Positions 37,281 to 50,821 of a DNA stretch of 64,000 nucleotides are shown here, in pieces. Each line of letters begins with the position of its first letter. Positions within the stretch are counted from its first letter, which is position 1. This DNA is from Camelus dromedarius (lineage: Eukaryota). The stretch spans positions 29,576,001-29,640,000 of the forward strand of contig NC_087436.1 of NCBI RefSeq assembly GCF_036321535.1, read 5' to 3'. The position numbers and the translations under genes were made by a program. The notes below the pieces were generated by a model. It was not told the DNA's origin and made no database searches. It saw only the letters and a list, made by a program, of their open reading frames with translations.

Positions 37281-38864
37281 AAATCATAACACTAATATAA
37301 GTATAAATTTCATGACTCAAAGTCAAAATTACCCACAGTAATTATGCATCCATTTTTATTCTCATTTGTGGCAATGTATTGTTAGATCAAATTATAAACA
37401 CTTGATAATTAAAATATACCTCTAAATCCCTACAACACATTGCTCTCCAACCTAATTAACCACATACTCTAAGTTGTTCTTGATATTGTAAGTTAATTAA
37501 GATTTCATACTAACTGCTTACTTATTTTTGACTTATCTCCTGTCTCAATTTTTTTAGTCATACCTCTTACATGTCAAAATATATTTCTGCTCACCATTAA
37601 CTTATTTTATTGGGCACTTTCTCCTTTCCCAGCACCCTGGTATGCCTAACTTACTGGAAGACATTTTCCTCAAAGATAATATTCAGAAAATGTTAACATA
37701 TTAAGATTTTTATTTAATAAAAGTTATTACCTATTTAAAAATCCACAGACCAGGTAAATTCATTACGAGTGTAGAGAAGTGTGGATTTCCTAGGTTTCCG
37801 GAATGTTCACATTCCATTCATTTCTGCCCTTGTTACTGATAAGGGTTTCCCTGCATGCCTGCCTGAACCATACTAATTAACTCATTATCCCATTGTTTTT
37901 CATGAAGCCTGCAAGTGTCCCTAAAAGAGAGACACTGTTTTATGGCAAGAAATATACAGTACAACACCTCAAATGACTTGATAATTTCTGTCAATGCTGG
38001 TTCCTCATCTTTGGGCTAGAGAAACCTTCTGTTGCTCCCCACTTGCAAAGCTCTGCTTTTTTTGTCTCTCAAGATCTGTTCATTCACGTGCGCTCCTTTC
38101 ATTCACCTTTCCAAGCTTACATCTTATCAATTCTTTGGGAGAAGGAAACAGTTTCTCAAAATGCATTTGTATTTTATTCCTTTGCCCTGGAGTGATTGTT
38201 TCTACATTGGTAAAGGCTGGATTAAAATGAGAGAGAGAGAAAAATGGAAACAAGGGGATAATGAAGTGATTAATACGTAAAGTAATATGGCAGAGAAATA
38301 CATGAGAATTACAGGGGGACCATAGTACTTAGCAACCCATTAAGCTCACACTAAATCTTTGAAAATGTCTGCTTTTCATTAATGAGTGCTCAAATGCTGG
38401 AGTTTGTCTTCTTTTCTAGCAGCACTGACTGCACATGTTATGGAAAATTTTTTTTCATCTAACAGGCACATTTAGTTTGCTCTTAAGTAAATGTATACTT
38501 CATTTGTTCCCCAAATGAACTGTCCAAAAGGATTCTCTGAGCTTCTATTTCTTCTGACTATTCTGCTCAGTCTTCTAGTGATCTTTGCTGATCCCACTTC
38601 CCTTGGTCAGCAGTTTCTTTCTTTTTTTTTTTTTTTCACTTTTCAAGATTTCATAGATCAAAAAGTAATTCCAGCCTACTACTGTAATTTTTTTATAGTT
38701 TATCTAAGTATCTTATGGATTTTTCTTTACTCCTTAGAAAATTACTTTTGTACCATTTTATCTTTTTTGGGGGGAGGTAACTATGTAGATGGAGAAGATA
38801 CACATATTTATTGGGTGAGATCTACTGACAATGAATTAAAAAGCAAAGTGCTTTTTACCCACTC

Positions 38865-38972
38865 ATTTTATTACTGAGTTATTGAGTTATAATTAACATA
38901 CAGTATTATGTTAGTTTCAGGTATACAGCATACTGATTCTGTATTTTTATACATTATGAAAAGATCACTCCA
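38865..38972 (-). mobile_element. Short L1 3' terminal fragment
   Basis: attgagttataattaacatacagtattatgttagtttcaggtatacagcatactgattc. Confidence 0.75.
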
Positions 38973-39679
38973 CTTTCATTCTCTTCATCCTGGAGATTGC
39001 CTTTTTACTGTAAAATAGAACTCTATAATATCCCACAGTTCTTTAAGATCATGCCCTTCAGTGAAGTCCTTCATTCCCTTATTTCTTAGAATGCTTCCTT
39101 ACTTATTATTTTTTATAACTTGGGTATAGTTAATTTGTTAGATTTGAAACTAAGCTTGTCTATATTTTCCATGAAGGACCTATATAATCTTGGTCTTTAC
39201 CTTATAGATGGGAAATTACTTACATAACCCCATTTCAGATTTTGTATGTCTTATAAATCATCCTAAGTAGCAATCAGGAAAAAGATCAACTCCAAACTTC
39301 CAGAAACCATCATATTTGACTGACCATTAGTTTTAATTACCTTAGTAACCTTTAATATATTAGGAGAAGTATGAAGCTTTCCAATACCAGTAAATCAACG
39401 TTGTCTTTCTGTGTTCTCAGTTCTCCATGGATCTTTCTCTGTAGTCACCAACATACCCACAACAACAAAAAAAAATTACTAATATTTCCAAGACATAATT
39501 CACTTAAACAGATGTCTCCCACAATACACTGACATACCTTTAAAAATATACAACTGTGTCATAGATATTTGCACATCTATATACATACTGCCCTATAAAT
39601 ATGCTTTGTAAGATTTTTACCCTATTTACAGCTCATAATAAACTATAGATAGGACTAGGGCTAATATGACATTTTCTTA

Positions 39680-39949
39680 GGTGGGGGGGTGGGAAGGCAT
39701 AGACTGGGATTTCAAAATGTAGAATGGATAAACAATATTATACTGTATAGCACAAGGAAATATATACAAGATCTTGTGGTAGCTCACAGAGAAAGAAATG
39801 TGACAATGAATTATACATATGTTCGGGTATAACTGAAAAATTGTGCTCTACACTGAAATTTGACACAACATTGTAAAATGATTATAAATCAATAAAAAAT
39901 GTTTAAAAATTTAAAAAACAATAATAAAGGAATTGTAAAAATTTAAAAA
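39680..39949 (+). mobile_element. Young 5'-truncated camelid L1 (3'UTR plus A tail)
   Basis: G-rich start, L1 3'UTR, AATAAA and A-rich tail; exact 14-bp TSD atgacattttctta at 39666-39679 and 39950-39963. Confidence 0.93.
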
Positions 39950-40112
39950 ATGACATTTTCTTATTCTTGCATATTTTTATTCTCAGGCTGCATTTTTTAG
40001 CATTTATTTTATATTAATCATTAAAAATATTAACTTCAATATTTTGACTTCCATTCACCTTTCAAAGTTTGCTCTCTGCTATCTTAATAATTATATGTAA
40101 TCATTACTTGTA

Positions 40113-40534
40113 TGTTGGTTTGCAGTCATGGGAGTTTCCCTGGTGAAAACTGAAACTGGCCCCATACACAGAGAGCAAGGAGAGAAGGAAGAAAGAAAGA
40201 GGCAGGCTATTCCAGATTGATAGGTGGGAGGTTTAATAAGAGCAAAGGAACTTAACATACGAGGCCTGTCTTGTGTGGCTGCAAGACAAGCAATACTCTG
40301 CAGCCACCGCCCTTACAAACTTAGAGGCCTTTCCTGGGTTCAGTCACATGCACAGTCCAGATGGTCTCAACACCACAACACTATCAAGGTGATGTCCCAA
40401 GGCACCTTTTAGGGTAGGGAAGGCAGGCAGAGCACACATTCCAAGGACAGGGGAGGAGATAAAAGGCCTCTGATTGCCTGGATCCAGCTTATGGGTCAAC
40501 CAGCATCATGTCTTCTCAATGGTCTCCTCCAACA
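40113..40534 (-). mobile_element. Solo ERV-L LTR (MER73/MER74/MER88-like), 422 bp
   Basis: tgttgg...ccaaca inverted termini; 5-bp near-TSD ttgta/atgta; ATTAAA on the minus strand. Confidence 0.82.
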
Positions 40535-43500
40535 ATGTATTAAGGAAAAGTTTCTATATTGTTAAATTAGGTAAAATCTTTTCTATTAATGTCAAAAATA
40601 TTATTGAATTTTGAAGAGCTGAGTTTTTAAAGATAATACATTTATTGAGCGATATTTTAAATTTCCAAAATAAATGTACAATTACATTTATATATATATA
40701 TATGTACAGATATTCACATGTGCACATTTATGTAAATATGTGAATACATAAATCGTCATGCAAATTAAGGATATGGATATATATGTATTGTATTTCTTTA
40801 ATCTATCTGACAAATAATAACATACAATTAAAGTGCTGATCACTATGTTCTAAATTATCTACTTGATCAGAAGATATGTCACACTAATGTAGGTTTTCTA
40901 TTGCCTGAAAGAAGAAAATACAAGCATTTTAAAGGTTCAAATTATAATTAAATATGGAAATGTTCTATTGAACCAGAAACTCCCATATAGGAACTATCAT
41001 ATTAAGTCTAATATATGGATTAGTTATACAATGCTGATATTTCACTTTGTGTTATTTTTTAGGTTTTAAGATAGCATTGCATCAAAATATAGTCACTCAT
41101 ATATCTGGACTGACCACATGCCAGAAACCTAGATCACAGTTCATTTTAAAAGTTTTGGAGTGCTCACATGTAAGAAATGCTCAGGGAGAGGATTCTTAGA
41201 GACATAGATAAGTTATCATGCTTTCAGGAAAACAGTCAATAAAATCTTTAGCTTCTCCCTAAATTTAATGAGAAAAATTTACTTCATGTTCTGAACCCTA
41301 TCTCATTTGCCCTCCTGCTTTTTTAAAAATCAGATTTTTTCCTTTGAGCTGTGATCATGATACATTTTTAACTTTAATTATTGAGCTCTCTACTGTTTAT
41401 AGAGTGTTCACTCAAGTCTGTAAACAAAAAAAGAAAACAAAAAATCCTAAAATATAATTTAATATTATTCCTTTCTACTATATATATATATATATTAAAG
41501 AGCCATTTTTTGCACAAATATGTGTACATAATGTATTTGTTAATATGCTATATGCCTTAATCTATCTTGGAATAGAAAGAGATCATGTAGCTCTTCTAAC
41601 CTTCAATTTCCCCCCTATACAATGCTGTCATTTCAGAATCTTCTTGTGTTCTATCAAACTATTACCACTCAAGAATGTGCTAAATTGTAGGAGATTTAGT
41701 AAAAAACTATGTAGTCAATACTTTCTTTTTGTGTCCACCTTTCATTACAGAAAGGCTTTTTTAGTTTGTGGTGGCCATGGCCTTAGGAAAAGGCAATACT
41801 TGAGTTTCTCGTTTCCCTCTATTCTTTATTTTTAATCATATAATCTAATGAATATTTATTTGCTTAAAGTGTAATAAATCCTACCGGATTCCTTTTACCA
41901 GCAACTCCTAGCTCTCTCCTCAAATAAATGGATTTTGTACTCAGGGCAGGAAATTTTCTTTGTGTTCTCATATGTTCTTATATGGTAGGATGAGGTGTAG
42001 TTTAATGGTACCTATACAGTCCTCTAGATAATATAAGCTTTCATGCACAATATATGGTACATGCACACAGTTAATTTTTTCCTATCTCGCCCGCTCTCCA
42101 ATGTTCCACATTGTCTTTACCATGGTAGCTCTTGACTGACATTCACTCTACAAAAACAGTAGAAGGAATGCGATACAAAAATGGGTGGCAAATTTAACCA
42201 AAGTTCCAGTCAGAATTATTCTTCGGTTATTAGCTATAATTTCAGCATAAAACTCTCTCCAACATGACAGTGACTCAGGGAAGTCAATTAAATTGTTTTC
42301 CTGTTTTACTCATTTCAAATTTAAAAAATTTGCCTGTACTGAATATTGCCTGCAATAGTAATATCACAAAGGATAAAAGAAAAAATGCACTTGACATAAT
42401 TACTAGTAGAATAAATGAAGTACTATGTGTTCTGACAAGTTTAAAGCATAACCTGAAAGGAGGGGTGGTTTTTAGGAATTTAACTTTTAAAAAGTAAAGC
42501 TTAGTGTATATACTATCTTCAGTTGATGTAAATACATACAGTGAAACATTACATGAATTATAAAAAGGTGCTAATCAGTCTGAAAGGACAGTATGATGAA
42601 ATAACCATGCTTGTGTAATTATCTGTGCCATTTTTCTTGACTATAAAAGCAATTCCCACACTATGTCCAAATATGATACTTTCATAGAAAAGATGCTTTA
42701 AAATTTCTCTATACCCAGATAATATTTGCTTTTCTATTACAGGAATGGAATTCCATTTCTATCATGTAACAGTAAGCTATTACCTTAAATACTATGCTGT
42801 GCTCTTTCCTGCACATTGATACTGACTTCTGGTGTTCAGTCCAACTAAATATAGAAATTATACCCAAATAATTACAAGGAATTCAAGCTCTTTGTTGGTT
42901 CTTTCATATTAAAATTAATATTCCATTTATTTTCTGTATTCATCATCACTCCACATATATATTAGCGTTGACTGAAAACTACAAATTTATGAATATTAAA
43001 AGTATAATTACTCTGAGTAACATAAATGCATTTTCCTCTTATGTGCATTTGCCACGATTTAGTGATTAAGAAAATGAGGACAAAATGATATATCTGGAGG
43101 ATGTTGTAATATTTAAAGCTAAAGAGCAGTTTTCAGAGATCAAGTAGGGAAGAAAAAAGAAATACCAGAAATACTTTTTGAAACCTGTAGTTAATCACAG
43201 GAAAAATACTTCTGTTTGTAAATAAAGGTAGACTCAGCTAATATTTTTTTAACATGTGGTTTTAGGTTCCATTTTGGTATACGTGAATCTAAAAAGGCTT
43301 AATTTCATTGGTCTAGATGTAAGAGTCAGGTATATGTTCCAATGATATACATATATATATATATTTAAATAAGGACATTCAGTTATAACAAATTTCCTAT
43401 TATAATTGAACATGTATCTAGTTATTATTCATTTTAGAATTTCTACAATTTTCACATTGCATAAAAATATTACAGGTTAAATAAATACCACTTTAGAGGT

Positions 43501-46500
43501 CAGAATTATTCCATAAGAATCAACTGTTTTTCTCAGCAGTCTTTACGTCCTCTCATACTTTCAATTATTTTCACTACAGTTTATTTTTTCTTTTGTAAAA
43601 ATTCATAACCACCTCTTACTTGACTGCATTTAAGTCAAATTCATATTATGTAGTCAACTCCTGTGATTCTATAGAATGTACAAGAATAAAACAAAATCAA
43701 TTTGTAACTAAGAGAATGAGTAAATATATGCTATAGGATGTTAAATTGAGGATTTTTATCAGCTTTTGCCGAGGCCCAATAAAGGAAAGTGTCAACTACT
43801 TTCACATTCTAAACTGAGGTTCTAAATTACTTCTTCAAGACTTGCAAAGGAGATACCCAAGAGTCAAATCGGAGAAAATTAGTTAATGAACAATATCCAG
43901 TCTATTAAAAAGGAGTTGGACTGTCTGAAAGAGAAGCACTGGATTAGGATTTTCTTGGCACTAGTTACTGATACATGCCATGAGTCCATCTTTACTGGCA
44001 CATAGAAGATTGGGATAGTTTCTCCTTTACCTCAAATACACTCCTTAGAAAATTTAACACAAGTTTTCTAGAGTTTGGGAAACACACGGAGACTATTACA
44101 TAAGTTATGTCTAAGAAATCTCGAAGTCAAGAGTCTGGGTGAAGTGGTCTGTGGGTTGTAGGCTGGGAAAAAAACCTGCAAATCCATTTGTAGCTGGACA
44201 AAGCTCTGGAATTCTACCATACCAGATGAGGGAATCACCCTGGCATTCTTTTAGATGGCAGCAGCCTGGAGAGGTAAGGAGAATTCAGCAGAAATAAATT
44301 GGGCTTATTCACATCCTAAGAGAGGAAAGAGCTGTCCAGAGAGGCCAAATGATGGACGTTCTCAACAGGCTCTGAAAGACGTCTCAGAAGACAATCAATT
44401 TTCAACCCTTATCAAACTTAAACTAAGAAGCAGTAAGATAAGGCATACCTTGCTTTTTTAGATCTTCCTTCCTTTTCCTGCTTTGATCTGCAGGGTTAGA
44501 AAAGATGTTTCGTGTCGGGCAGGGACAGAAGCACAAAGCACAAAAATGGATAAGAAGCCAACTGTATTTCTCATTTTTGTTAAAGGCTTCCAAAGTTAGT
44601 TCCAAACTACAGAAAGAGAGATATATTATTTTTAAATAAAGTACAGAATTTTGACTATTTAATGGGGCTGGATATTTAATGATAATTATAATCATTTTAT
44701 GACTTAAAGTGACTAGAGGGTTGTCATTGTCTGAGTCAAAAGATAAGTCATTGGGACCTATCTTGGATCTCATCCAAATTCTGGGGAACTAGACATTGAT
44801 CCCCCAGAGCATCTTAGAACAAGGAGAAAGGGGAAAGAATAAGGTTGCTCCTGTTCTTTTCTGAGTTCCACTAATCCTATGTGAAAGTCCTCAAATCAAA
44901 GACACAGGGATGATAATTAAGAACTCAGTTGTTAATTTAGTGCATTTCATTTATGCTTTATCATTCTCACGTAAGTGTCCTAATTGGCTTTTAATTGATG
45001 TGTTTTATTAAGTAGGTAACGTTTTTGTAACAAGGGGCAAATATTGATACTTTGATAGAATTTTTACAATTTTATTAGTTTGCAACTGTCAACTTAATTA
45101 ACCAACAAATATCTTAACAACTTTTAAATATGCTTGAAACAGAGAACACACCTAGAGGAAAAGGAAGAATAAAGCTAACGATATAATTTGTTAGACTGCT
45201 GAATGTCTGAAATGCATGTTAAGATAATTTTCTTGCAGTTTGATAGAAAGCCAGTTAAATTTTGCAAGCTAGAAATTGGCATAGTCAATACCAGTTTTAT
45301 TCTAATCTTTATACAGAGTATATATACATATTTTTAAACAGAAATACTAGAATAAGAAAAATATATTTATAAGGCCATTAAGTAAAACTGGAAGTTAATA
45401 CTACTCAGAATTAGGCTCATAGTTATTTAAATTTTAAAAAGGGGAATTATTGCGAAGAAAGAATTGGCAACAGTTAATTGCTATTTAAAAAAATAAGATA
45501 AATTCCATTTCTTTTGCTGGAATAATGCATGTTACTTACAAACATGTTTATGTGATTATGCTACTACAAAGAAATTAAATACTTAAGGAGATTATTCTAG
45601 GGATAATCTAGAGGTTTCCTATTCTGGGAGCAAACTTCATTCACTTAAATTAAGCCACTCTTCGAAGCACTTTGTGAAGTGCCAATTGGTCATTCTGTGC
45701 AATTGTGGGAAGATGAATTTTATATCCACTTCTTTATTATGTCTGTGCCTGGCCAAATGTTCCATCCTTTTAATATCTAATCCCCACCTTGCCTCATTCC
45801 ATGCCATTGATTGCTGCTTCTCTACTACATCCCTTTGTATTAAAATAAGTGTTTTAAAACACATATCAAGTCTTCTATTTTTTTGTCTTTAGATAGAGAG
45901 AAGAAGATACATTAAAATGAGGAGTAGGAGGAGGGGAGGAGGAAGAGAAGGGGAAAAAGAAGGAGAGAGAAGTAGTCCAGGGACTAAAATGTGAGAAATG
46001 GCTACACATTAAAAAAAAAAAAACAAGACAGAAAAAAAAGACAAGTGGTCAGAAGCCAATTCAAAACGATGTTAGTCTGGGTATTTCAGGTGCACTAAAA
46101 GCAGTACAGCTTGCTTTTTTTTATTCCTCTGGAAGAAGCAGAGATTAGCCTCATTTGCCTCATTGCAAACCTCCTGCATGCTTTCCTACCTCTTAAAGTA
46201 CCATAAACCTCATGCAGATCATTATAAAAGAATATAACATCTAGGCTGAACAGTAAAATCAGGATAATTGGCCTTTGGAAAACTTAATTCCAAGTTGAAC
46301 TTGGCTGTAAAAAACGGCAGAGCTGAGTTACTCTCACAGCTAGAATTTATGCTTGGACTGTAATCACTCATCCAGTTAATGAAAATGTGGCCATTTGTAT
46401 CTTAAAGGGACTGTGGGTCTAATGGTAACATTAAGCAATACTCCATTATTCATTGCTATTTTTATGATATACAGGAATTTAAAATATGTTGCCACAGAAA

Positions 46501-48705
46501 TGAGACAGAAAGAAGATCCCCTGGTTATACTTCATTTACTCTTTGACTGACATGGAATTGACATTTATGCTTTGGCCACTATTTGCTATATATCACAATT
46601 TATCGTTCCCTATTCTTATGTGTTTTGCTCAGAAGCCTTTCATTTTCATGACCTGACATATCAAAAGTTAAACTATTCTCTTTAGGAGGTTTTTAAGTGA
46701 AATGACCAACTTTTTCTGTCCAAATGTGAACTTCTGTCACATTTTATTTCTCTTAGACTTATTAAACTGATGGATACGTACAATAGTTGTATATTAAATA
46801 GAATTCCCTCACCTAAAAACTATCTTGTCTCTATGACTTTTTCATTTGTTGTTATTTATTATTTGCAGTGATTTTACTGATTAAAATCTGCTATTTACCT
46901 TATTTGCCCTGGCTGATTTTCTGAGGTTAATAAATATTAACCTTGACTTGACTTATTCCATTTAACACTATAAATATTTGAAAAAATAGCTTTTTTTCAG
47001 TAGCTTCCTTCTTTATTGTTTCCCACCCCCTTACCACTAATTTTGGACTCCAGCAAATATATTTGAGATTCTGTTTTGTACTATTTTTGTTTGGCACGAA
47101 AGAAACTCTGTTCAAGAATTAGAATAATACCCATTTAGATGACCATAAATTTTAGATTGTATAATATATAGAAAATGAATAATTTAAAATTTTAATTATA
47201 GTTTTACTTTTAATCAATTATTACAAAAGAACAACAACATGACACAGTGAACTGGGAAAAAAAAAAACTGAGTTTGTCTTGCTGCCTCTTTTTTCTTTGA
47301 TATTTTCCTGAAGGTAGGCAGCTGATCTCACATTTCCAGAGAGTCTTGTCCCCAAAGGGTGTTTGGTATAATTATATAATAAACATTTTTTTCTATGTTT
47401 CATAATTTTGAGTAAAGACAAAAAAAAACCCAAAAGGTTATTATTTGTTAAGTGAGAATGCCATTTTATACCTACTAAAACTATTTAACCCATAGTTCAA
47501 GTATTTTTTTTTGTTGCTGTTATTTTCCAGATAGTTTGTTAGTTTCATTGTTCTTTAAATTATAATCAGGATTATCAACATTAATAGGACTAAATATGGA
47601 GCTTAAAAGGCCTTTAGAAAAACACTTAAGTTTACACAAACACAACACAATATAACATTTCAAGTATTCATGCTAATCAGATGAAAATTTCTGCGACAAG
47701 TGAACATAGCAAATCTTTACTTGAATGTCTTCACCATAAAATGATTATTACCTAGAGGTGGGCCCCATTCTTCCTTAGAAACATTTAACATCTAGCTAAT
47801 GCACTGTTATTTGAATGAGAAGAATTAGAAGCATCTCCATTGATTGGGAGTATTGACTACTCAGTGCATAAAACCATATTTAACTGAAAATGTTAGCCAT
47901 TTACCAATTCAGAAATATGTTATGCAATAACATCCAGAGACAGATGCAGCCAAATGCTTTCAGAGGCCTGAAGATTTTATTCACAAATATTATCCTTTAT
48001 CAGAAATGACAGAAAATTGATAGAAACAAATAATCTTATAACATCTGATTCTTAAGGAAAAGATGACATCATTCTCTCCATCTCACCCTCATCAAAAATT
48101 GAAAGATGCAAATATATGGTTTTACGTCTATTCTACAGAAGTTTCCAGCATCACGACTACAGTATTTTAAACTGCAAGTGAAGCATTCTGCCTCAAGAGA
48201 TGCACTAGGGGCTACACTGCCTTTATGTCGGTGATGATTAAGAGAACAACTCGTACGAGGGCAATAAAGAAGACACTTTAAACACTGTTGCTGGGTCTTA
48301 GATTTCAGGAATTAGATTTAGTTGTCCTCTTGGTGGACCAAGCATTCTGCCCTAAATGTAGTTACTGAGATGTGTGTGTGTGTGTGTGTGTGTGTTAACA
48401 GAAAATGTGTACAGATATATAAAAGCAAGTCCTGGGGCTTCCACAAACGTGTAAAGCTTCTAGTGAGACTGATGTAAGATTATAGCACAATGTATATACC
48501 TAGCTGATATTTTCTGGTTCAGTACTTAGTATTCACCAACAACGTGAATCCTAATTCTATGCAAAATACCACACGAGTATTGAGACATAATAAAACACTA
48601 ATGTAGTATTTTTTTAATCCAGAAGTACAATATATGTGAATTTAAAGCACACCATAATACACTGTGCATTTTAGAATCTGTAAAGTGTTATGAAATGTAT
48701 TACGT

Positions 48706-48926
48706 CAGAAGTCAGAAAACTACTATCTCCAAGCCAAATCCACCACAGCATTTATTTTTGTAAACCAATTTCACTGGAAAACAGTCCCACCAATTTATGT
48801 ATACATTGTCTATGGCTGCTTTCACAGTACAATGGTGGAGCTGAATAACGCAACAGAGATCACATAACCTACAGAGTCCACAATATTTACTATCTCATTC
48901 TTTCAGAAAAAATATGCTGGTCCTTG
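48706..48926. mobile_element. MER58A MITE
   Basis: gccaaatcc..tttttgtaaa..tattgtctatggctgctttcac..gcaacagaga..aatatttactatct. Confidence 0.85.
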
Positions 48927-49343
48927 CCTTACATCATTAGACAAATAAGATAAATATTAAATCATTTTACAAAAGAGAAAAATAGAGGCTTTATAGTTTT
49001 GACAAAGAAGTACCATGAGATAACACTCATTTTACTATTAATAGTGAAAACTCCTGGATAAAATAAAATAAATCAAAATACATAACCAAAGCTTTTAAAA
49101 CAAAAAAGAAAATCCACAGATATAATGCACTAGCTCTGGAGAAGAGGGTTTTAATACCAGATTTGGTATTAAGTAATACATATAACAATACCAATTTGTT
49201 ATCAAGTAATACATATCTAGATTTCTATAGCAATTTTGGAACAGGTAGTGAAACCTTGCCTCTGTGTGTATTGTAGACAGAGAGTTAAGTCTGTAACCAA
49301 TTTTATAAAACCACTGACCTTCACTGAAAAATTAACAGTATTA

Positions 49344-49423
49344 ATAGTAACAGTAAAACTACATATATATATACACATATATATAGTAACAGTAAAACTA
49401 TATATATAGTAACAGTAAAACTA
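49344..49423. repeat. Three copies of ATAGTAACAGTAAAACTA separated by (TA)n-rich spacers
   Basis: Copies at 49344-49361, 49383-49400 and 49406-49423. Confidence 0.9.
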
Positions 49424-49439
49424 TGTAAACTTCTCATTC

Positions 49440-49636
49440 TTTTCTTGAATGGTGGAAGAGGCTAAGGATCTCTCTGGAGACTCTTTTATAAAACACTGGT
49501 CCTATTCAAGAGCGTTTCCTCCTACAACTCAGGCACCTCCCAAAGGTCTTACTTCTCTGTACCATCATCTTTGGGAGTTAGGATGTCAACATATGAATTT
49601 TGAGGGGAGGAGAGAGACAAAGTCTCAGACCATACT
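49440..49636 (-). mobile_element. MLT1A-like LTR 5' half
   Basis: ggatctctctggagactcttttataa..cacctcccaaagg..caacatatgaattttgagggg..cagaccata. Confidence 0.75.
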
Positions 49637-49739
49637 ATATATATATAATATATAAATTTATATATATTATATATACAAATGCATATATGTATTATGTATC
49701 TACAGACATATAAAGTGTACATATATATATTTCAGTCAG

Positions 49740-50760
49740 TAGAAAACTCAACCCAGAATAAAGTACTGGAATGACAGACACAATGGTGAGCATAGATATT
49801 GGTGAAAATACACACACAGATGGAAAGAAGCATTGTTTATGATAATTTGGGAAGTTTACAAAAATGTAAGGAAGAGAAGCTACAATCAGATTTAAAGAAT
49901 ATAAAGCCTTAAATGGTTTGTCTGATGGAAATAGCTATTGATAAACATTAAGTATGTTTCATACAGGTTTAAATATTTGGGCTAAAAACCTGTGAAAGAA
50001 AATAAATATAATGTATAACTTCCAAACTAGTATAAGAAATTAATAGAAAGAGAACTCTATCAGTCAAAAACTATGCCACAAGCAAAGAAAAATGCCTGAT
50101 AAGTATAAAGCATGAAATAACATGACTAAATCCAAATATAACATAATCTCAATAGAGATAAATGAACTACCATTTATCTGAGCTGAATATGCTAACACAT
50201 CACCAAAAACAATCTAGATTAAAAATTCACAGACACAACTCAGGGCTTACAAGAGGCACAATGAAATATCATTACACAAGAATAAAAGTAAAAGAACTGA
50301 TAAAGACATGCCATACAGGTAACCAAAGAAGTCTGGTGTGGCTAGACTAATTTCAAACAGAATGTAAAGCGAATATGATGCAAATTACTACATTACTACA
50401 CGTAAGTGAGGGCTATATAATAATAGAATAAACAAATCTTCAGAAAATTATAAAATTACAAAATTTTATGTCCCTAATAACATAAGCTGTTTTTCTAATG
50501 TAAAGAAAAATATGGAATAATAAAAAAAAGGGAAAATCCTAAATTATATGGGAAATTAAAAAAAAAATCTTGGAGAGATTCACAGTTTAAGAAGAGACAT
50601 TGTAAATTAGAATATAGAAAATATGAATAACATTTTCTAGCACATATGGAATAATTACAAACATTGACCAGTGGGCCATTAATACTTTTAACAAGTATTA
50701 AATAATCCATAAACTTAGAAGACATTTCCCAATGACAATGCCATTATGTTACAAATCAGA
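49740..50760 (+). mobile_element. Highly decayed old L1 (inter-ORF / endonuclease region)
   Basis: A-rich sense L1-like sequence (taaatccaaatata, aaagacatgccata..aaccaaag, ttttatgtccctaataaca). Confidence 0.55.
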
Positions 50761-50821
50761 AGTACTTTTACTCCTTTGCCAAACCATTCATACCTATGAA
50801 AACTGAACACACACACACACA

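Noticed and set aside
48228..48370. C/D-box snoRNA (GTGATGA ... CTGA)
   Set aside because: No terminal stem or recognisable guide; motifs this short are expected by chance.
49344..49423. CRISPR-like repeat-spacer pattern
   Set aside because: Mammalian context, 18-bp repeats, and the spacers are simple TA repeats.
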